Source of the DNA: Candidatus Heimdallarchaeota archaeon
GTDB taxonomy: Archaea; Asgardarchaeota; Heimdallarchaeia; Hodarchaeales; Hodarchaeaceae
NCBI GenBank assembly: GCA_019057635.1
Contig: DXJL01000113.1
Span: 83,713 to 115,712 of the forward strand
Length of the DNA stretch: 32,000 nucleotides
Direction of reading: 5' to 3'
In this document: one piece after another, positions 27,088 to 32,000 of the stretch
Numbering within the stretch: position 1 is the first letter of the stretch
Layout of the letters: every line of letters starts with the position of its first letter
Translations under genes and position numbers: made by a program
The notes under the pieces: generated by a model
Databases searched by the model: none
Told to the model about the DNA's origin: nothing
The model's input: the letters and a program-made list of their open reading frames with translations, nothing else

Positions 27088-29283
27088 TTAAGAATCAAAC
27101 ACTTCTAAAATATAAGAATAAATTTCCTTTTCAGTGCCTTTCGAAATTTTTTGTAACCGTTGTACAATTAATTCTGGAGTCGATCTTGCATATGTGTAGT
27201 ATTTGGGTGTTCTATCAACAATTAGTTCCAAGTTCTCTGAAAGGCCCTTTGCCTCAATTCCATCAATTCGTAACCCTTCTTTACAATATTTACTGATTTC
27301 TTGAGCTAAATGAGTAACAAAAATACCAACAGAATCGGGAGATCGTCCTAACAAATCTAAAAATGCTGCAATAACCCGTGCAGATGCTCCAGGTTCAGAA
27401 ATACTTTCCATTTCATCAGCTAAGACTAGTCTAGAGTTTGGGCTCATGATCATTTGTGAAAGAGTTCGAAGGGTTGATTCAAAAGCGCCTGCATTTATAT
27501 GTCCAGTTGATTTTCGGTAGTAATGTAATTCTTTGAATCCTCCAATTTTTGCCTCGTAACATGGAACTGGAAGACCCATTTGGCTAAGTATGATAATGAT
27601 TGCAAGGGCTACTAGTAAAGTTGTCTTTCCACCACTGTTTGCTCCTGATAATAGGACAATACGTTCTCCATTAACTCCATTGGCAATTTTTCCAAGTTCT
27701 CCCAAGGCATAGGAGACTGATTCCACTTTCAACTGTCCTTTCAGTTCTTGTTGCGCTAAGAATAGATTTCTACCTTCTTTAACGTATAAACCTGTTCCTT
27801 TCCCTTCAAGAAATTCTGGTAAAGCTAAATTATAGGAACCAGCAAATTTACCAATCATTAAGAGATAATCTAATTCCAGCATACAATGGAGTCCTTCCAT
27901 TGCTACTTCTTCATACCTCTGCAGTTTCTGAGCTAAATCAACTTTTAACTCAAATGCTTTACTTGAGCACTTTTTACGTAAATATTCTGTGAATCGATTT
28001 TTAATCTCATCTTGAGGGTCGATAGGGAATTTTAACTCACGAGGAAAAATACCATTCAAATAATCAGTTTCTTCGTCCAATAAGAAGAGTTTAGAGGATA
28101 GTTCATTCTCAGCCTTATTTATTATTTCTTCTACAGCCAAGTATAATTCATCATCCAAATATTCACGTAAATCCTCACGACTGGAGTTTGCTGAATATCC
28201 TTGCCCTTCAGCAGAGAATCCTTTTAGCAAAGCGAGTACTTTTTCACCTTCCAAATGAATAGTTGTATCTTGTAACATCTTTTCTAATTCATCATTCAAT
28301 GTCAAAAGCACTTCTTCTAAGACCATTTCAAATGATGTCTCTGCTTTTAAAAGGCGTGAAAATTCCTTGTTGAGGCTAGAACTTGGTTCACCTGTTTCTT
28401 CTAAATTTTTTAACTCCTCACCCATGTCAACCAGCATATTGAGATTCATTTCTCCAATATAATTAGCTAACTTATCTGAGGGGAGCTTTTGAAGGAGCGA
28501 TGCAAGTTTAGCAATTGTTACCAGAGTATTTTTGTTCTGGGCAAAAAAAGTCAATGTTTTTTCTGGAAGTATTCTATTAATTTCATGGCGTTGAGATTCA
28601 GAGACAGAAATTATGTTTGGGAGCTCATCATCTAATGTATAATCATTACCAATCCAAATTACTTCATCCGATCCAGCCAGAGTGTCATTAATCTTTTCAT
28701 AATCTTCTATGAATAATATTTCACAATAATTTCCTATTATATTTGAGAGAAGCTCTTTGTAGATGCTTTTATCAGTAGTAGCAACAGCACGCGATGCAGT
28801 ATCAATAGAATCGGAGTGTTCCTTTAATGGAGTTAAATGTCTTAACAGTGCATCATATTCAGTAAGCGAATTTGCGGATTTTTCAATTATTGTGTATAGT
28901 TCTAACCCAAGTCGAGTGATTAGTTGTCGATCAATGATTTTTGCTAATGCTGTAATGGGGAGGGGAAAATATAAGTAAAGTTTTGATCGAGAATAGAAGG
29001 TATTACCAAATTTTGAAATTAAATCTATTATACGATTATATATCAAAATAGTATCTTCAGTTTTTAGAAAATCCTGAATCTGTTCCCCAGTTTCCTGGTA
29101 ATGTAGATTTCGACAAAGGCTGAGGGCAAATCGTTCACCAATTCCATCAATAGAGGAGATCTCGGCAATTCGTGACCCTCTTAGCGCGTTAAGAACAAGA
29201 CTTTCGCTTCCAAAATACGAAACGAGTTTCTTTTCACTGGAAGGGCCAATTCCCCTAATATCACGAAGTTTTATCGCGTTCAA
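27088..29283 (-). CDS. archaeal MutS-like ATPase (MutS domain V only) with an N-terminal helix-hairpin-helix
   Basis: N-terminus IKLRDIRGIGPSSEKKLVSYFGS (HhH). C-terminus LSGANSGGKTTLLVALA (MutS-type Walker A), LVLADEMES (Walker B), FVTHL. No mismatch-binding domain I was recognisable. TTG start. Confidence 0.82.
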   Translation of the reverse strand: MNAIKLRDIRGIGPSSEKKLVSYFGSESLVLNALRGSRIAEISSIDGIGERFALSLCRNLHYQETGEQIQDFLKTEDTILIYNRIIDLISKFGNTFYSRSKLYLYFPLPITALAKIIDRQLITRLGLELYTIIEKSANSLTEYDALLRHLTPLKEHSDSIDTASRAVATTDKSIYKELLSNIIGNYCEILFIEDYEKINDTLAGSDEVIWIGNDYTLDDELPNIISVSESQRHEINRILPEKTLTFFAQNKNTLVTIAKLASLLQKLPSDKLANYIGEMNLNMLVDMGEELKNLEETGEPSSSLNKEFSRLLKAETSFEMVLEEVLLTLNDELEKMLQDTTIHLEGEKVLALLKGFSAEGQGYSANSSREDLREYLDDELYLAVEEIINKAENELSSKLFLLDEETDYLNGIFPRELKFPIDPQDEIKNRFTEYLRKKCSSKAFELKVDLAQKLQRYEEVAMEGLHCMLELDYLLMIGKFAGSYNLALPEFLEGKGTGLYVKEGRNLFLAQQELKGQLKVESVSYALGELGKIANGVNGERIVLLSGANSGGKTTLLVALAIIIILSQMGLPVPCYEAKIGGFKELHYYRKSTGHINAGAFESTLRTLSQMIMSPNSRLVLADEMESISEPGASARVIAAFLDLLGRSPDSVGIFVTHLAQEISKYCKEGLRIDGIEAKGLSENLELIVDRTPKYYTYARSTPELIVQRLQKISKGTEKEIYSYILEVFDS

Positions 29284-29355
29284 AACTATTACCTCTCTTT
29301 TTGCGTCATAAAGGTTGAGGAAGTATCAAGTTTATATTTTTAGTACGGTTTTTTC

Positions 29356-30267
29356 TTAAATTTTTGTGATTTCCTGCGCATTTGCTAGTTCAATAAACTG
29401 GTTTACCTCATTAAAGGAACAATGATCTGAGTAGGGAAAATAATGGACGTCTAATCGCTTTGAAACTAATTCAACAGCCCAGCCTGTTGGTGAGATCCTC
29501 AAGGAATTAATCAAGCGGGCTTCTGTTCGCTGATCTAATCCAGTGAGATTTTCTACCCTCCTTCTACTCTCAACACAAATTCCAGAGTCTGGATTATCAG
29601 TAAAAATGTCCCAACCTCCACCTATTTCTTTATAAATCTGAACTTTTTTTTCAGGAGCGAAAATTTTCACCTTCAAGGCATCACTTATTGTTTTCAATAG
29701 TTTTTCCTTCCCTATTTGGTACGCAGCAATCCAGATCTCCTTGTGAGGATAATTACCATCCGCTAACATAAGGGATAATATTTCGGAGATTAAATCCTTA
29801 CGAGAGGGAAAATTATACCTTGGCATGTCACCATAGGTATAATCTACCCATAAATGATCCGCACCTTGTATAAGCTCTAATTCATCTAAAATTGGTTTAC
29901 CAAGGCGAAAATCACCAGTATAGACTTCTTTCCTATTTTCCGATGATTCGATCACAAACATCAAACTACCTAAACAATGGTTTGCATCTACCGCATGTAT
30001 CACGAAATCATCAAAATCTAGTGATTGGTTTGTATCTATAAGTAAGCATTTCTCTTTTGGAATTCGGTGAAGAACTTTAAGGACTGCTGCAGTTTCTTTC
30101 GAGCAAACTATCATCGCGTCTTGGGAAGAAAGCACAGATTTTATTCCTGTAGTGTGGTCACTGTGAGCGTGGGATAGAAAAAAATAATCTGATGATGTTG
30201 CTAGTTTCTTTCTTTGACGAAATGGAAATTCATCAAAATAACTATTGGCTAATTTAGAAAAAACCAT
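29356..30267 (-). CDS. SNM1/PSO2/Artemis-type (DRMBL) beta-CASP DNA nuclease
   Basis: FLSHAHSDHTTG (HxHxDH), VDANHCLGSLMFVIE...YTGDFRLGK and C-terminal FPYSDHCSFNEVNQFI match the SNM1-family hallmark motifs DANHCPG, TGDFR and YSEHSS. Confidence 0.78.
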   Translation of the reverse strand: MVFSKLANSYFDEFPFRQRKKLATSSDYFFLSHAHSDHTTGIKSVLSSQDAMIVCSKETAAVLKVLHRIPKEKCLLIDTNQSLDFDDFVIHAVDANHCLGSLMFVIESSENRKEVYTGDFRLGKPILDELELIQGADHLWVDYTYGDMPRYNFPSRKDLISEILSLMLADGNYPHKEIWIAAYQIGKEKLLKTISDALKVKIFAPEKKVQIYKEIGGGWDIFTDNPDSGICVESRRRVENLTGLDQRTEARLINSLRISPTGWAVELVSKRLDVHYFPYSDHCSFNEVNQFIELANAQEITKI

Positions 30268-30461
30268 TGAACTACCCCGAGAAAACTGTAATCCTAAAAT
30301 CTTCTCTTCTTATTCAACAAATTACAAAATACAGAGGAATTAATTAATATTGGGATAAAGGTTTGGAGGTTTCTTTAATGAGGTACCTGTTAAATATTCT
30401 GGAAAATCATTAGGATTATGTTCAAACCGTAAAACGCATCAACAAATTCGTGGGAATAGAG

Positions 30462-30479
30462 CAAAAATAAATAGAAAAG
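30462..30479 (-). terminator. candidate oligo-T terminator for the 5S transcript
   Basis: The minus strand reads CTTTTCTATTTATTTTTG about 35 nt downstream of the 3' flanking helix strand. It is preceded by the small hairpin GCG-AAAAA-CGC. Confidence 0.3.
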
Positions 30480-30511
30480 TGTTTGTATCTCAATGCGCTT
30501 TTTCGCTAGGG

Positions 30512-30518
30512 GATATTG
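30512..30518 (-). repeat. 3' flanking arm (CAATATC on the minus strand) of the inverted repeat bracketing the permuted 5S
   Basis: Perfect 7-nt complement of the 5' arm at 30646-30652. Directly follows CCGG-AAA. Confidence 0.7.
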
Positions 30519-30642
30519 TTTCCGGGTTCGGAATGAGACCGGGTGTGACTCAGGCCCTTTGGCCGAAGAACCTTCAGCTTTCCGATTTTCCCGTAGGCGC
30601 GAGCACAACAGTACAGATCAGAACGGAGCCTGACTTAACTTT
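30519..30642 (-). rRNA. 5S rRNA, circularly permuted gene order (3' half - GTT loop - 5' half)
   Basis: Minus strand: AAA-GTTAAG-TCAGGCTCC-GTT-CTGAT-CTGTACTG-TTGTGC-TCGC-GCCTAC-GGGAAA-ATCGG-AAA-GCTGAAG-GTT-CTTCGGC-CAAA-GGGCCTGA-GTCACACCCGGTCTCATTCCGAACCCGG-AAA. All 5S helices (I-V) and loops can be drawn. Helix III/loop C matches the archaeal consensus block as I remember it. GC-rich island in AT-rich DNA. No credible ORF. Confidence 0.78.
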
Positions 30643-30645
30643 CGG

Positions 30646-30652
30646 CAATATC
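30646..30652 (-). repeat. 5' flanking arm (GATATTG on the minus strand) of the inverted repeat bracketing the permuted 5S
   Basis: Pairs with 30512-30518. Followed by CCG-AAA-GTTAAG. Stacked on an 8-bp leader hairpin (TCTCACAA/TTGTGAGA, 30651-30690). Confidence 0.7.
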
Positions 30653-30721
30653 TCACAAGTTATTTCAGCGCAAGATGTCTGTTTGTGAGATTACAAACCA
30701 GTTGGGGCAATTTCAAGAGGC

Positions 30722-30733
30722 TTTATATATTTA
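30722..30733 (-). promoter_or_regulatory. candidate TATA box for the 5S precursor
   Basis: The minus strand reads TAAATATATAAA about 75 nt upstream of the 5' flanking helix, leaving room for a structured leader of about 45 nt. Confidence 0.3.
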
Positions 30734-30878
30734 GTGGAAACTCTTTACAATAACTAGTACTCGTTGGATACAAAAAGACCTTTTGTAAATGTGGTTTAAG
30801 TACTGGTAAAATTTACTAATTTAAATATAGAATAGGTACACTGGATCTTAAAATCTTATAATCGATGGGTATTATCAA

Positions 30879-31721
30879 ATGCAATTGGATAATTGGAACC
30901 TTGAATACTTAAAAATTGTTTCAGAGTTAGGACTGAACATTGAGGAAGATATTCACTCTGCAAAGGAATTAGAATCGATTTTATTGACGAATCGCCCATT
31001 CAGATCACAAAATTTCTTAGACAGATTAAATCAGTTATTAAAACAACCAAATTTAATTGTTGGATCAGGTCCCTCTCTCGAAACAGATTTAAACAGTTTT
31101 AAGCAACATTTTAATTTAGTAAATTTAGTAACTATTGCTGTCGACGGAAGTTGTTCTTTATTCCGCCAATTACAGATAATTCCAAACATTCTAGTAACGG
31201 ATTTAGATGGTGAATGGTCAGCAATTCGTTGGGCAATTTCACACGGAGCTATTACTCTTATACATGCACATGGAGACAACGAATATCTCATTAAACGATT
31301 CTTTGAAGATAATGAAAATTTATCAGAAAAAACTAATGTTTGGGGAACTACCCAAAATATGTTAACCACCAAGTTATTTAATTTCGGTGGATTCACAGAT
31401 GGAGATAGAGCAATTTTTCTATCCTTTCACTTTCAATCACCTCTCATTGGATTGATGGGGTTTGATTTTGGGGAAATCATTGGCAAATATAGTACATTGA
31501 ATCCCACGATAACGAAGGATCCTATTAAAAAACGAAAGAAGTTCAAGATAGCTCTATCACTTCTTGCTGCGTATTATCATGATCACAAAGGGGTTCGGTT
31601 CAATTTAACTTCTTCGGGTGAGGAAATACCTGGATTCCCAAGATTATCTCTCCAGGAATTTAAAACCGAGTTAATTGAATGGAATAAGACGCAAAGTAAA
31701 GAGGAGTCTCCCAAACATTAA
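30879..31721 (+). CDS. mptE: MptE-like 6-hydroxymethyl-7,8-dihydropterin pyrophosphokinase (DUF115 family)
   Basis: LIVGSGPSLETDL...TIAVDGSCSLFRQLQIIPNILVTDLDGEW...LIHAHGDN matches the MptE/DUF115 motif order. Confidence 0.75.
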   Translation: MQLDNWNLEYLKIVSELGLNIEEDIHSAKELESILLTNRPFRSQNFLDRLNQLLKQPNLIVGSGPSLETDLNSFKQHFNLVNLVTIAVDGSCSLFRQLQIIPNILVTDLDGEWSAIRWAISHGAITLIHAHGDNEYLIKRFFEDNENLSEKTNVWGTTQNMLTTKLFNFGGFTDGDRAIFLSFHFQSPLIGLMGFDFGEIIGKYSTLNPTITKDPIKKRKKFKIALSLLAAYYHDHKGVRFNLTSSGEEIPGFPRLSLQEFKTELIEWNKTQSKEESPKH

Positions 31722-32000
31722 CTTTAACCTCCTCAATATTACATTCATTATTTAATGACTGAAGAAATTCTTTCATACTAATGGCAACAGTCTTAGCTAA
31801 AAATTCAGCTGTTACATTTTTGCATTTGAGTAACTTTACTTCGTCTTGTGGAAGGGAATAAAAACGGCTCCCGAACTGAATCTCATAGTTGTTTCCGTTT
31901 TCTTTAATTTTAAGGTCTTTATTCATGCTAGGAAGTAGTGTATAATGATCCCATGTAGAAATAATATTACTAAGAGATTCATCTAATGAAAGAAAATTAA
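31660..32000 (-). CDS. 6-pyruvoyl-tetrahydropterin synthase/QueD-family protein; 5' end beyond the window
   Basis: The frame stays open upstream of the track's ATG (31926) to base 32000 (..LDESLSNIISTWDHYTLLPS-MNKD..). C-terminus NVTAEFLAKTVAISMKEFL...IEEVKVNVWETP resembles the PTPS nPTaEnlA...V.V.Et pattern. Overlaps the convergent mptE-like end by 62 nt. Confidence 0.6.
   Translation of the reverse strand, partial: NFLSLDESLSNIISTWDHYTLLPSMNKDLKIKENGNNYEIQFGSRFYSLPQDEVKLLKCKNVTAEFLAKTVAISMKEFLQSLNNECNIEEVKVNVWETPLYFASYSIQLTRF

Noticed and set aside
28763-28978. 71-aa plus-strand ORF
   Set aside because: It is antisense within the MutS-like gene.
30519-30642. Permuted order explained as the junction of two tandem 5S copies or as an assembly artefact
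   Set aside because: The sequence upstream of the 3' half is not a 5S 5' half. The linker between the native 3' and 5' ends is only GTT and closes a 7-bp helix I. The new ends are bracketed by a perfect 7-bp inverted repeat. A chimeric assembly cannot be excluded without reads.
30390-30688. Two track ORFs (30390-30608 minus, 30479-30688 plus) overlapping each other on opposite strands
   Set aside because: Both lie over the GC-rich permuted 5S rRNA and its flanks. Their products are low-complexity and Arg/Gly/Ser-rich with no motif. The RNA interpretation explains the whole segment.
30480-30700. First guesses that the GC-rich ORF-free island is SRP (7S) RNA or RNase P RNA
   Set aside because: On neither strand could I find the SRP helix 8 GGAA/AGCA-type motif or the RNase P CR-I/CR-V blocks. 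The 5S helix III/loop C, loop E and helix II blocks are all present.
31031-31396. 121-aa minus-strand ORF
   Set aside because: It is antisense within the MptE-like gene, which has clear family motifs.

Overview
AT-rich archaeal chromosomal segment, identified by r-proteins uS13/uS4/uS11 and eL14, Cbf5, TmcA, Cdc48, a PAC2-like protein, aCPSF2-like and RNase Z-like nucleases, and tRNAs with anticodon-loop introns. Coding is dense on both strands and mostly housekeeping. Three gene groups stand out. (1) A tightly spaced co-directional array hsp20 > cdc48 > PAC2-like > Phr/ArsR-like wHTH > tmcA (19169 down to 12661). (2) A co-directional SNM1/Artemis-type nuclease > HhH-MutS-like ATPase > longin-like protein (30267 down to 26290). 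(3) A pterin pair at the right edge (MptE-like and PTPS-like). Several proteins have a eukaryote-like flavour: a RING-like zinc finger on a membrane-anchored helical-repeat protein, a JAMM/MPN protein, a longin-like fold and an SNM1-type nuclease. That would fit an Asgard-type or related archaeon, but I cannot verify the taxon. The most striking signal is non-coding. At 30512-30652 on the minus strand sits a complete 5S rRNA whose domains are encoded in circularly permuted order. The native helix I ends are closed by a 3-nt loop, and the new ends lie in loop B. Those new ends are flanked by a 7-bp inverted repeat and two AAA bulges arranged like a bulge-helix-bulge splice motif, which suggests maturation through a circular intermediate. 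The track reported only two overlapping ORFs on opposite strands across this locus; they are rejected here. The track also missed an edge-truncated membrane-protein gene (1-1177, minus) and the N-terminal third of a GT2 glycosyltransferase, which has no ATG/GTG/TTG start. No CRISPR array or transposase was seen.
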